Translations under genes and position numbers: made by a program
Notes under the pieces: model-generated
The model's database searches: none
What the model saw: the letters and a program-made list of their open reading frames with translations, nothing else
What the model was told of the DNA's origin: nothing
Origin: Octopus bimaculoides
Taxonomy: Eukaryota
Direction: 5' to 3'
NCBI RefSeq assembly: GCF_001194135.2
Contig: NC_068985.1
Span: 22,111,523 to 22,175,522 of the forward strand
Length of the DNA stretch: 64,000 bases
Shown: positions 1 through 11,436 of the stretch, in pieces
Layout of the letters: each line of letters begins with the position of its first letter
Position numbering within the stretch: the first letter of the stretch is position 1

Positions 1-416
1 TCATTGGTTAGAATCAGATGCCTTTGTATCTTTCTGCTCACTGGTCCCAAGTTGATGGGTACAAATATGTAAACGCAAATAAAATATATGCAGCCTCACA
101 GTATGTTCATGTAAACACAGGGAATCATCAGTGCATTTGGTGTAGTTCAGCATTGTGAGTTGTCACTGGGGTGCATTCTTGTGGTACAAGTAGAATCTTC
201 AACTGATCGCTAACTTGTTTTATCACAGATCAATCGACAATAAGTGTAACATGGTTTACAATTAAGCATACCATGCTATCTCGGATCAGTGATGAATGAA
301 TCAGTGATAAACAAGGCTACATATATTCACTCGCAGTCTTAACATTGAATGAATAATATCTATTATTCCCATTATAAGCTATTTAATGAAAGATCAAAGA
401 TATCAAAAGAATCTAC

Positions 417-508
417 CTTATCTTTGTGTTCAACCATCTTTTGTTGGATCTTCTGCACTGCCTTCTGCATGGCAAGCACTGACTGGGCCTGGGCGACTAA
501 AAGTTGTC
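417..508 (-). CDS. Gene A exon, last seen in window: (G)QLLVAQAQSVLAMQKAVQKIQQKMVEHKDK; probable coiled-coil segment
   Basis: Acceptor ctctattcttcag and donor AAG|gtagat. 92 nt, phase 1 to 0, in frame with the upstream exon. Confidence 0.85.
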
Positions 509-1670
509 CTGAAGAATAGAGACAATGGCATTTAAATAAATGACTAAAACCTCAATAGCCAAATAAAGTAATAAAGCAATCTTCAATGACTTATGGAATT
601 ATGTAAATCATTTGAAGTCTGAATCATGAATATTTTATCAAAAGTTTACTTGAGATGACTGAGAATTCTCACTTGCAATGTTTTCTTCATTTCTTAGCAG
701 AAAATGTCCCCGCCAAAAAAACAACAATGACAAAAAATGTTTTTATTCTAGGAAGCCTAACTACAAATAAAGATAGAACTGAATGGAATTAGATATTATC
801 ATATATGTCGCATATACTATGATTCTGACAATAACATAATTAATTCCTTCAGCAACACATCTATGACAATAATTTGTAAAATAGGCACAGGGCAATAAAT
901 TTGCAAATGAGTGTAAAGTGATTGAATTGACCCCAGTGCTTATTTTATCAACTTTTGAAGGACAAAAAAACAAAGTTAGCCTTGTAGAATTTGAACTCAG
1001 AACACAAAGGCTTGTAACTACATACTACAAAGCATTTTGACTGATGCTTTATACTCTAACAATTCCTGCAATCCACCACCTTCGCCAGTGCTAATAATGA
1101 AATATTGTCATGCTCTTGGAGAGTTCAGAATTTGCTGGTGCATACTCTAAGTGAAAACATTCATTACTTATAATTTTCTATAGGCAGTTATTAGATTTCA
1201 TGTAGAAAAAATAGTTTTTTGCAGTTCGTTTTATTTTTACACCAGAATATGAAAAAAACATTATGCTACATCTTTTACCAACCCATATCCATATAATATA
1301 AGGTGAATAAATTTAACTGCTTAATTGAATTAATAATTAATAGTAATCTACGTATAGCAAATACAAGTTACTAATTCTAATAACACATGAAATAAAATAC
1401 TTTTTTAAAAATTGATATCGCCAGACATAAAAAATTTCCTTTTCCCATCATTTCTTAACAGGAAAAAGAAAAGGAAAACTGTTTCTATTTTATGAAGTCT
1501 AGCTGTAGATAAAAATAGAACCATAAGGATTTTAGCTTTCTTCATAAGCAGAATGTGAATGAGCAGGGAATGAAAAGAACATAGGAATCATAAAAGAACT
1601 TTTGAAACTGGATTGAATCTTTTACTTCCCCAGTTATGCTTGATTACAAATAGACAAAAGTATATCACAC

Positions 1671-1764
1671 CTATTCCATGTTGTAAGTTCTCCAATTCTA
1701 CATTATTCAACACAGCTCGATAAACTCGCTGCAGGTATTCTGCCATTACAGCGATATTGACTTC
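1671..1764 (-). CDS. Gene A exon: EVNIAVMAEYLQRVYRAVLNNVELENLQHGI
   Basis: Acceptor tttcttttaacag and donor G|gtgtga. 94 nt, phase 0 to 1; the other two frames are closed. Confidence 0.85.
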
Positions 1765-2929
1765 CTGTTAAAAGAAAAAGAAAATAGTGATCTGTTAGAA
1801 ATTTAAAACACAAAAGAATTTATTATATTAATTATGGATTTTGGAGAATTACTGCTAGTCAGTTTAATATAATTATGAACTTATAATTAAAAGGTCAACA
1901 ACTTATATCCCATCATTAAAATGTTAAAGTGTTATGTTCTATGGTGAAGTTTGTTTAGGTATCACAGCAAGGTACAGACCACTATTGTAGGCAGTAAGTA
2001 CATAATACAATTGAAAAATATTTCATTGTTAAGCTGAAATTCTTCCCACATCCTGGAGCAGACAAGTCTTCCAAAGTAATTGCAATAACCAATCAGTAAC
2101 AGGATATTACATTTTCCTCACATTTACACTCACTTTAATGATTTATGAAATTTCAGTAAGATCAGAGGTTTAAATACATTACAGAAGAAAACCATTTCTT
2201 CTATATCATATTTTAGTTTCCACGCTCGTGTGAGGAAGAAGATATTTGTTTGTCTTTTATTGCTAAGTGTTCCTATCTCTAACTACAAAAAATATGAAGC
2301 AGAACCTCTGAAGCAAGCAGAGTTACTTCCCTTCCCAAAGTCGGACCATAACGCATAAAACCCTCAAGTTTTATTCAGCGATTCAAGATTTTTAAAACAT
2401 GTATGATACATATATTGTTTTTGCTGGCTTGTTTGCTTTGCTTTTTCAATATTTTAATTAAAATTCAAATGTTTGTTTGGATGTACTTTGTTTTTTCGAT
2501 GGTGAGATCTGTTAGTGAAATTTGAAACAAATACAGAAATGTAGAAATATTTCACTGTTTCTTCATGTTTAAGCATCAGAGAAAAACTTAGATTAACACA
2601 AGCAAAAACTTGCTTTTAATTTTTATTTTCATTATGGTACTTTCACAGTAATTTAATTTATGATTTTGTTACACCTTGAACCCTTGTAGCCTCAAAATAT
2701 CAAATAGTTATTATCCTTGACCACACTCAAACTCTTTTCTTCTTATATTATTTTCTAAGCCTGCTATAATATACTTTTAATTACATAACTGAACTTCAGT
2801 TTGATGTTACTGTTACATTAACAAATAATTTACTGTCATCACCATCAATAGCAAGATAAAAAAAGTATAATAATGAAGTTAGTGTAATACAAAATATTTA
2901 TATAAAGTTTTAATATATCAAAGAATTAC

Positions 2930-2961
2930 CTCATTAATCTGTGTATCAGACAATCCTTTAG
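2930..2961 (-). CDS. Gene A short exon: (A)KGLSDTQINE
   Basis: Acceptor tgttttttctgttttgtag and donor GAG|gtaatt. 32 nt, phase 1 to 0, which exactly bridges the phase gap between its neighbours. Confidence 0.8.
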
Positions 2962-3493
2962 CTACAAAACAGAAAAAACATTTAGTAATTTTGTAAATAT
3001 AATTTTCTAATTAAAGATATGAAATGAAATATAAAAAATAGGTATCTATGGGTTTTGTAAATGAAATTCATATTTACCTTTGAGTTCACGGACTAATTTT
3101 TGACGGTACTGAATGTGCCAACTTTTTGATTCTTTATCAACTATATTACTCAAAATTGGTAAGCAGTTATTAATTAAATCTGGAAAACATTAAAATTTAG
3201 TTTTTATTAAGAGGATGTGAATTTGGTCAAATACGAGGTACAGCAATCAAATAAAAATGAATTTTAGGTGAAATTAAAAACTTTTGAGATCTTTGAGCAT
3301 ATAATTTTCAATCAGTAAAAGAACGAAAACAATTAAATTGTATTTTGCATTTAATTTTTACTAGTTCTTCAAAACATATTATAATGAATTATCCTTGTAA
3401 AATAGTGTAGACCTGAGCTGACTACTTTCTAAGTCTTCATAGGAATACTACTGCTCCAAGAAGTTTTCACAACTAATATGTGGTGCAGCTTCC

Positions 3494-3536
<43 letters not shown>

Positions 3537-3747
3537 CTTTTATAAGTAATATTCTAAAAGAATATATAACTGAACTTATATTGAGTGCTCAATCGTATAT
3601 TGAGTACGATCGTAAGATATTTAACTCCTTAAATTTTAGGTTCTTTTATATTTTATATTTTAGACTTTACAATATTCATGCTTAATTACGCATAAATTTT
3701 TATACGCATTTATATTCACACGTATATATATATATCTNNNNNNNNNN

Positions 3748-3795
<48 letters not shown>

Positions 3796-4077
3796 CATAG
3801 CAGATCCATATCAATGTATCACTCATAAACATTAAGTAATTGCTTTTATTAATCTTTTTAATGACTTAAACAGAGGAGGAAGGGTAGTACTTATAACTGT
3901 TTGTAGAGCATCCCAGATGTTTTACAAACATATAAACAGCCATATTTGGTACATGTCCCATCATACACTGCAGATCATCTGCATTCATTATTGTATTTAA
4001 CTACAGTACAATGTCATACTCCTTAAATATGCCTTATCTAGTATACCTTTTTTTAATTGAAATAGGAACATCAAATT

Positions 4078-4527
4078 CATCATCATCATCATCATCGTTT
4101 AACGTCTGCTTTCCATGCTAGCATGGGTTGGACGATTTGACTGAGGACTGTTGAAACCAGATGGCTACACCAGGCGCCAATCTGATTTGGCAGAGTTTCT
4201 ACAGCTGGATGCCCTTCCTAACGCCAACCACTCTGAGAATGTAGTGGGTGCTTTTACGTGCCACCGGCACGAAGGCCAGTCAGGCAGTACTGGCAACGGC
4301 CATGCTCAAAATGGTGTATTTTACGTGCCACCTGCACGAGAGCCAGTCCAGTGGCACTGGCAACGATCTTGCTTGAAAGTCTTTACACGTGCCACCAGCA
4401 CATGTGCCAGAAAGGCGATGCTGGGCACAGGTGCCATCACGATTTTGCTTTCGCTTGCCCCAAGAGGTCTTCGCAAGCCAAGTTTTGTGTCCAATGAAGG
4501 AGACGACGTTGGCATGGGTGCCAGTTG
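4078..4527 (-). mobile_element. Young RTE-tailed SINE-like retroposon (my family X) with (ATG)n tail and internal tandem hairpin units
   Basis: (CAT)n followed by cgtttaacgtctgctttccatgctagcatggg, near-identical to copies at 14592, 22421, 39665 and 60310. Flanked by the 7-bp direct repeat TCAAATT (4071-4077 and 4528-4534). Confidence 0.85.
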
Positions 4528-4659
4528 TCAAATTAAGTTCAATTTCGATAATAAATTAGGCCTGGTGACAATTAAATCTTCAGATTAGAATCACCTAACA
4601 AATAATATAAAATATAAAAGTGCTAGAGCTTGAAGTTTTAGAAAATATAAAAACGTTGT

Positions 4660-4945
4660 TCTCATCATTATCATCGTTTAACATCCACTTGCCATGGGTT
4701 GGGAAATTTGACATGGAGCTGGCTAACTGGGAGCTGTCCAGATTCCAATTGTTTGTTGTGACATGATTTCTATGACGGGATACCCTTCCTAATGCCAATA
4801 ACTTAACAGAGTCTGTTGGGTGCCTTTCACATGCCACTGGCATGGGTGCATTTATGCAGCACCAGCAGAGGTGCATTTATGCAGCACCAGCACAGGTGCT
4901 TTTTATGTGGCACTGGCACCTGAAAGGACAGTCCTGTATGTGTGG
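4660..4945 (-). mobile_element. Older relative of family X
   Basis: catcattatcatcgtttaacatccacttgccatgggttggg tail, plus a 24-bp tandem catttatgcagcaccagca(g/c)aggtg. Confidence 0.7.
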
Positions 4946-5372
4946 GAGACAGCAATTTTACATAGTTTGACATGTCTTATCTAAACTAAATACTCAATTC
5001 CCATTTCTATTAGTTTACAACTCATAAATCAATGACAAAGTGTTACTAGGAAGAAGAAAAAAAAAACTAATACACTGAATTTGTGTTTTTTACAAGGATT
5101 AAATATATAAATTAATGTACATCCTATTTGAAATGAACAGCCAGTTTATTATCAGCACAATGAGACTCCCAAGATACAATAAAAATTTATTATAATTAAT
5201 TTATTTTTGTTGCTAATCTTTTGTTAAATTTACATTTCTGAAATATTTGTACATTTTTTTATCTCGTCTATCTACTTCCTTATTATTCAATACTTCACTA
5301 TAGTTATAGATTAGGACAATGCAGAGAAATAAGTATATTCTAAAGAGAATTAGTGTCTCCTTGTGAAATTAC

Positions 5373-5457
5373 CTTTGTTAAAAAGCCTTAGGTCTATATG
5401 CAGACCCTGTGGAGTTTGATAATAATAAGGTATAGGTGGTGGTCTGAGGTCAGCAGT
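5373..5457 (-). CDS. Gene A exon: TADLRPPPIPYYYQTPQGLHIDLRLFNK
   Basis: Acceptor tttttcttctttacag and donor AAG|gtaatt. 85 nt, phase 0 to 1. Confidence 0.85.
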
Positions 5458-5624
5458 CTGTAAAGAAGAAAAAGTAAATATTTATAAAAATAATACAAAT
5501 AGATATTTTCTTCGGAATAATTATGTGTATTTTCAAATGTGTTTACCATATAAAGCAAGATATAATAAAGCTGGCATAAACCAATAAAGACACTCACATA
5601 AGCAAATATAAAGAAAAACATTGT

Positions 5625-6030
5625 ATATTGCTATTGTGAAGAATGAAGAACATTGACTGGCTATGGCACAGAAGCCATAGAAAGATCCATGCTAGGAATA
5701 TTCTTGTGGAAGCATATCCAAAATGAAGTAATTCAAGAATGGAGTGGAGTGAATGATGTGATTATGGAATACTGAAAGCACAAGTTCCACTGGCCCAGAA
5801 ATGCTGTAAGGCTCTCCCAGATAACAGATGGTTCCATGCAATTGTTGAGTCTTATCCAAAAGATCAGAAAAGACCTCTCAGAAGATCTCCAAAATGATGG
5901 AAAATTGAAATAGTGAAAAAAAGTTCAAGCCCAAATGGAAGAGAAAGGTGCAATCAAAGGAAGACTGGAAGTGCATTGTGGCCATCAACGTCAAAGGACT
6001 TCTAAGTTTGGTCAAGAGAGTGAAAGAGTA
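5625..6030 (+). mobile_element. RTE-clade LINE 3' fragment, degenerate
   Basis: Translates across frameshifts to IERSMLGI..HIQNEVIQEWSGVNDVI and DNRWFHAIVESYPKDQKRPLRRSPK*W, typical of the post-RT region of RTE elements. Confidence 0.7.
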
Positions 6031-6400
6031 ACTTACTAAAGCGTTCCAGGGGAGGTAATTCTAAGGCATCTACTATTTTCACGGGATGTTCGCAAGTAAA
6101 ATTTGTTTTTTCTGATGTGAATTCTCTAGTTTTCAAAATGACATTTCCACAACTTAATTGTGATGTGAAATTTGTCTTTCTGTTTATATTTGATTTATAA
6201 AATAACAATTTCAATACTTATACAGTTTATCTTAATGATTTAATGAATATAATAACAAATTAGCATTCATTCTGTGTCTAAAAAGAATCATGTAAAATTA
6301 GTACCATGCAAATTCAAAATCTAATGAACTCAGCAGCCAATAATATATGTTTCTGCCTACATATATTAAGTTTTTAGCAGACGTTTTCTGCCTATAAAAA

Positions 6401-6456
6401 ACATGAAGTAAAACTATTTTATGATAAGACATGAAGTAAAACTATTTTATGATAAG
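6401..6456. repeat. Perfect 28-bp tandem duplication
   Basis: acatgaagtaaaactattttatgataag occurs twice in tandem. Confidence 0.95.
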
Positions 6457-7406
6457 AGTTTATACAAGTTGTTAATGTTTTAAATATAACTTTTAAATTA
6501 AAGTCATGAACAGATGAGATGGTATCATTTTCGAAATTATATTACAGTATCAACTGCTTTTTGCAGAATACCAGTTAATTAAATATATGCAATCTATTTA
6601 AGGAACATACAATAATATTCATCTATTAATAATGGTTTCAAATTTTGGCACAAGGCTTAAAATTTGGGAGTGGAGTAAATCGATTATATCAACCCCAGTA
6701 CTCAACTGGTACTTATTTTATCAACCCTGAAAGCATGAAAGGCAGAATTGAACTCAGAATATAAAGATGAACGAAATTCATCTATAAATAATAACATGCT
6801 CTTCAATGGCACAAATTTGGAAAGATGGTTCTGGAGTCAGTACATTTGTAGAAATCGGATTCACTGAATAGATTATATTAGTACAATCTACAGAAGAGAG
6901 CAACAATATATTTTGTAGCAATTTGGTCTGTGAGGGTTGATGAAAATACAGAAAATGTCAGATAAATGTAAAAGAATAAATGAAGAAATATTCCGACATG
7001 GCTTACTAAGTCTATGCTTATCTTTAATGTCTAGTGTATTAAGCTTTTGAAAAGGGTAAATTTCCTCTTGGATATGATGTTAGTCTACAGCAAATGAGTT
7101 TTTCTCACAGGTGATATTAACATTAACCTCAGCATTGCAAACCAATAAAAGATGCATCAATTTTTGTTGTGATGATGATGCTAGCTGCTATTCACAGATG
7201 TGAATTATACCAACCTGCAATACCTTTTTGCAACTAACTAGATTCAGTTGTTAAGAGCTAAATATTTTAACCAGTCTACATCAAGTGCCAGAATATGAAC
7301 TACTGATCTTTCAGCTGACTGTCTGGCACTCAACCAACACAGCCATTCACACACTCTACCATAAACGTATTCCATACATGCTAATTTACAATTTCTTTAA
7401 ACATAC

Positions 7407-7487
7407 CTTGTGCTTCTCTGTTCTTAACATCTTGCATTTTTCTTTGACGTATTCACAAAAACGATTAAATTCTTTACGGCTGTGTTG
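7407..7487 (-). CDS. Gene A exon: QHSRKEFNRFCEYVKEKCKMLRTEKHK
   Basis: Acceptor acatttcatttgcag and donor AAG|gtatgt. 81 nt, phase 0 to 0; lies inside track ORF 7386..7571. Confidence 0.8.
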
Positions 7488-7589
7488 CTGCAAATGAAAT
7501 GTTAGGTGAAAATTAGATTTTATTAAATAACAAAACAAGGGAAAATAATGGAAACATAAATTCTTGTACATTAAGCCTCAGAATAAATT

Positions 7590-8800
7590 GAGTTGGACGG
7601 TTTGACAGAATCAAATGAACCAGAAGGCTGCATCAAGCTCCAGTGTTTACTTTGACATGGATTCTATGGCTGGATGCCCCTCTTTTAATGCCAAGCACTT
7701 CACATAGTATACTGAGTGCATTTTTCTTTCATGACACCAGCACTGGTAAGGTTACCAAATAACAAAGAGAAAGTCTCCTAGACTGAATGGAGTTCTAGTA
7801 GAGAAGGAGGTGGCTTTATGCTAGGAGTTGAGAGGTTAAGGTATGATAAAGAGTCAGGTACAAGTGTCTTACTATAGAGGAGATACATGGTTACCCAGCA
7901 TAATATGAGAGTATGTGGGAGTAACTAGTAAGAAGACAAAGATTGTGGTGACAAGTGTCAAAGCATACTCTCAAGATATAAGAAGGTGAGTATAAGAGAG
8001 AATATTGACAGAGGATCAGGAAGTGTTGGTGGATAAGTTTATAACAGTATGAGAGGAAAGTGACAGATGGCTAGATGAAAGTAGAAGTGAATGTAGTAAA
8101 TGATGAACAAAAATGGAGGTGTGGTCAATAGTAAATATTAGTATGGGGGAGGGAGGTTAAAGAAACAGGAGTGGCTCAGGGAGGAGGAAGTGATAAAAGG
8201 CAGTACAGGAAAGGTGAAGAACAGAAGTGTAATAATTTGTAGATAGACCAGAAAATATGGAGATGATGTACAAAGAGGGAGAGATGTACAGTGACAGAGA
8301 TGGATATGAGAGGTATATAGGGGAAGCTATAGTGAACAGGTGACAGATGTGTGTATGGGAGGGGGGCACCAACAGCAGATATGAAAGGGTGTTAAAGATG
8401 AAGTATGGCAGTCCAAAGATAGTGAGAAGGGATGATATTGAGAAAGAGAGAGGGATTTTAAAAGCAAATGGTTCCAAAGAGAGAGTGTGAAAAGTAACTA
8501 GAAGCCCAAAGTGGATGAGATATGTGCAGATTCTGCCCTCATATGATTATAACAACTGAATAGTATCATAGTTAGAATAGTGATTGAAGGATGGAGGCTA
8601 GTTAGATGAGAGATGGGAAGGACTGATAGGAACAAACTGAGTGCAGAGGCAGGACCTAGAGAATGTATTGACACAAATATAATGCTTTTAGGACCATCTT
8701 GGACACAGCAAACCACCAGTACCTTATCATCTCCTCTATGAAGCTCAACATCTTGAGATCACCCTTCGCTGCTTCATTCCATGTATTTTTAGATCTCCTT
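7590..8800 (-). mobile_element. ~1.2 kb non-coding RTE-tailed element with a purine/pyrimidine-skewed body
   Basis: Homologous, in reverse complement, to 61040-61970 (e.g. tgctagg..ttgagagg.taaggtatgat and agaggagatacat), and ends in the same tail as family X. Confidence 0.65.
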
Positions 8801-8820
8801 CTTCTACAAGTTCCATCCAC

Positions 8821-8852
<32 letters not shown>

Positions 8853-9828
8853 NNNNNNNNNNNNNNNNNNNNNNNNNNNNNNNNNNNNNNNNNNNNNNNN
8901 NNNNNNNNATATTATATATATATAGTCAATACCAGGTAATTACTGATAACTAAGAACTGATTTGGCTACATAGAGAAAATCTCATAAATAGTGGCATGTA
9001 TGAAGAAGGGCATTCAGCTGTAGAAACCCTACCAAAGTAGACAATGGAGCATGATGTAGTCCTTGGACCCATCAGATCCTATCAAACCATCCATCATATG
9101 CCAGCATGAAACATGGGTGTTAAATGATGATGGTGATGATCTGGACTGCAAAGTCTCTAAAATGGATTTAAAGAATGCAACCAAAAATATCTTAATCTTC
9201 AGAAACTTGTAATGCTCAACAGAAACATAGTTAATTCTTAACTTATTAGCAGTTAACCAAGCAGTATTACCAGGAAGTTAAGAATTTTTCTATTCTCATG
9301 TGTGTATATAAATATATATGTATATGTATATATATGATGGGCTTCTTTCAGTTTCCAACAATCAAATCCACTCACAAGGCTTTGGTCAACCCAAAGACAC
9401 CTACTCAAAGTGCCACGTAGTGAGACTAAACATAGAAACATGTGGTTGGGGAGCAGGCTTCCTACCGCACAGCCATACCTGCACCTATATATTTACATAA
9501 TATTTCATTCGGTCAGTTGTGTATATTCAGGATGAATTATGAATAATAGACTACAATGTATTTCACATTGAATTATTTACAAATATATGGAATTAATATT
9601 AGAAAACATTTGATTTTTTACTGAAATGCTCAAAAACCTCCTTTAATAACTTCTTGAGTCTCCAGAAAAAATCCGATATTGTAAAACCATACGTTCACTG
9701 TTTTATAATTACTGTTTAGTAAATCATTCCAACTCAAAATACCTATGTTCTATCGTTTTAATTTTAAGGCTGTACCTGATTAAACTGTTGTTGACTTTAA
9801 GATCAAAATAAAATACAAAAGTACAAAC

Positions 9829-9926
9829 CCTAATATCAAGTTCAGCAACTAAGTACCGCATATGCTCTTCCCTAAGTTTTCCACATAAATCACCAGGGGT
9901 CGTTGAAGGCATGCCAATAATGATAT
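9829..9926 (-). CDS. Gene A exon: (D)IIIGMPSTTPGDLCGKLREEHMRYLVAELDIR
   Basis: Acceptor cctaaatatttcag and donor AGG|gtttgt. 98 nt, phase 1 to 0; lies inside track ORF 9724..9960. Confidence 0.85.
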
Positions 9927-10074
9927 CTGAAATATTTAGGAAGGGAATTGTTATATGCAAAATAAAACAAGATGTATTTTAAAAATAGATGTTTGTAAAA
10001 TAAAAATGAATTAAAATTTTTGGATGTGCGACTGAAATACCATTTCAACAAAGAAGCTTAGTTTACTGTATTTT

Positions 10075-10435
10075 TCACTTTTTACTTGTTTCAGTCACTG
10101 GACTGTAGCAATGCTGGGCCACAACCTTGAAGGGTTTAGTTAAATATATCAACCCCAATACTTACTTTTTAAAACTAGGTACTTATTTTATTGGTTTCTT
10201 TTGCCAAACTGTTGTCAAGCAGGCGGGGAAGAGATAAACACAAACACACACACACACACAAGTATACAACAAGCTTTCACACAGTTTCCATCTATCAAAT
10301 TCACTATTCACTCACAGGGAATTGGTTGGCCTTGCCCACAATACCACACAGCAGGGCTGAACTAGAAACCACATGGCTACAGAGCTTCTTAATCTCACAG
10401 CCAAGCTTGTGCTATAGCCATGCATGCAGCTACAG
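10075..10435 (-). mobile_element. Composite tRNA-derived SINE: head Y, (GT)n linker, tail W
   Basis: The head has a tRNA B-box-like gttc motif, and the tail ends gactgaaacaagtaaaa. The same layout occurs at 17365-17755 and 33115-33842. Confidence 0.7.
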
Positions 10436-10654
10436 TAGGTGATAAAAATCTGATACTGTTATAGTCTTAAAACTTACAAATATGAGACAATCACATTTAA
10501 TGATCTAAGTAGATCTAACATGGTATCAAGTTTATGTTGTTAAAACTAGCTGTTTACATTTAGAGAATCAAACAAAACCATTGACAACTGGGACAAGCCT
10601 TTGAATTAAAACTGAAACTGAATAAATTTAGCTTGTTGGTGTATAAGTACTTAC

Positions 10655-10772
10655 CAAATATTTTCCATAAACCTCGAGCCCAGCTTTTTATCCCTTCTGA
10701 TAAACTGAAGAAATGTGAATGGAATCGGTTCCGAGCTGTAATCAGCAGAATTCTTAATGCTAACGCTGTGTC
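10655..10772 (-). CDS. Gene A exon: DTALALRILLITARNRFHSHFFSLSEGIKSWARGLWKIF
   Basis: Acceptor cttgcatcctttccttatag and donor TTG|gtaagt. 118 nt, phase 0 to 1. Confidence 0.85.
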
Positions 10773-11063
10773 CTATAAGGAAAGGATGCAAGAAATATTG
10801 GTAAGATAATAGTTTATAAATGTATATTTTACAAGATTTTATAAAATTGTTGACTAGAGTAAAAGTTTCTTTGCTATAATGTATTTACCACTTCTATACA
10901 AATCCTATACAGATTTGAAACTTACCTTACTCATATTAATACATTGCAAAATGAATGAATCAAACAAATCATAATTATCTATTTTTTTCTGGTATTCGTT
11001 TTCACATTATTAGAGATTGATGATGTCACATAAAGCAAGAATTAGCAATGACATACTACTTAC

Positions 11064-11169
11064 ATCAAGAAGTGTTTCATGGGATCGTTTTGAACCTTTC
11101 TGCAGCAGTTGACTAAGATGCCATTTATGTGTTTGGCCAGGAAAATGAATACTGTCTACTTCAAATTCC
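11064..11169 (-). CDS. Gene A exon: (G)EFEVDSIHFPGQTHKWHLSQLLQKGSKRSHETLLD
   Basis: Acceptor attgattttag and donor GAT|gtaagt. 106 nt, phase 2 to 0; lies inside track ORF 11010..11282. Confidence 0.85.
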
Positions 11170-11436
11170 CTAAAATCAATGGATAATGAATATGTAATTA
11201 GAAACAAAAATGCAAAAACAAATTTGGACAAACAGACTAAAGACATATATTTAATGAGGAAAGTTACAGCAATATTAAACAAAGATATGGTCAGCCAACA
11301 AGGAAGCTTCTATATATTGTTTGACCTACAAAAAATAACAATCAACATCTCCCTAAAAAAAGAAAATAAGAACATATTCCACAATCTGGTCCTAAATACA
11401 CTATCTCTAAAAATAGGAATTTAAAACTGCTAATTT

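Noticed and set aside
2134-2282. 49-codon open minus-strand segment with plausible splice sites (LEIGTLSNK...)
   Set aside because: Phase 0 to 2 does not fit gene A, whose frame is already closed by exon 2930-2961.
4256-4440. CRISPR-like repeat-spacer appearance
   Set aside because: The spacers are homologous to each other, the array sits inside a dispersed eukaryotic retroposon, and there are no cas genes.
4151-4588. 145-aa ORF and similar MKPDG..LAEFLQLDALPNANHS ORFs at 14668 and 22439
   Set aside because: They are incidental frames in a GC-richer repeat (family X) and are not preserved between copies.
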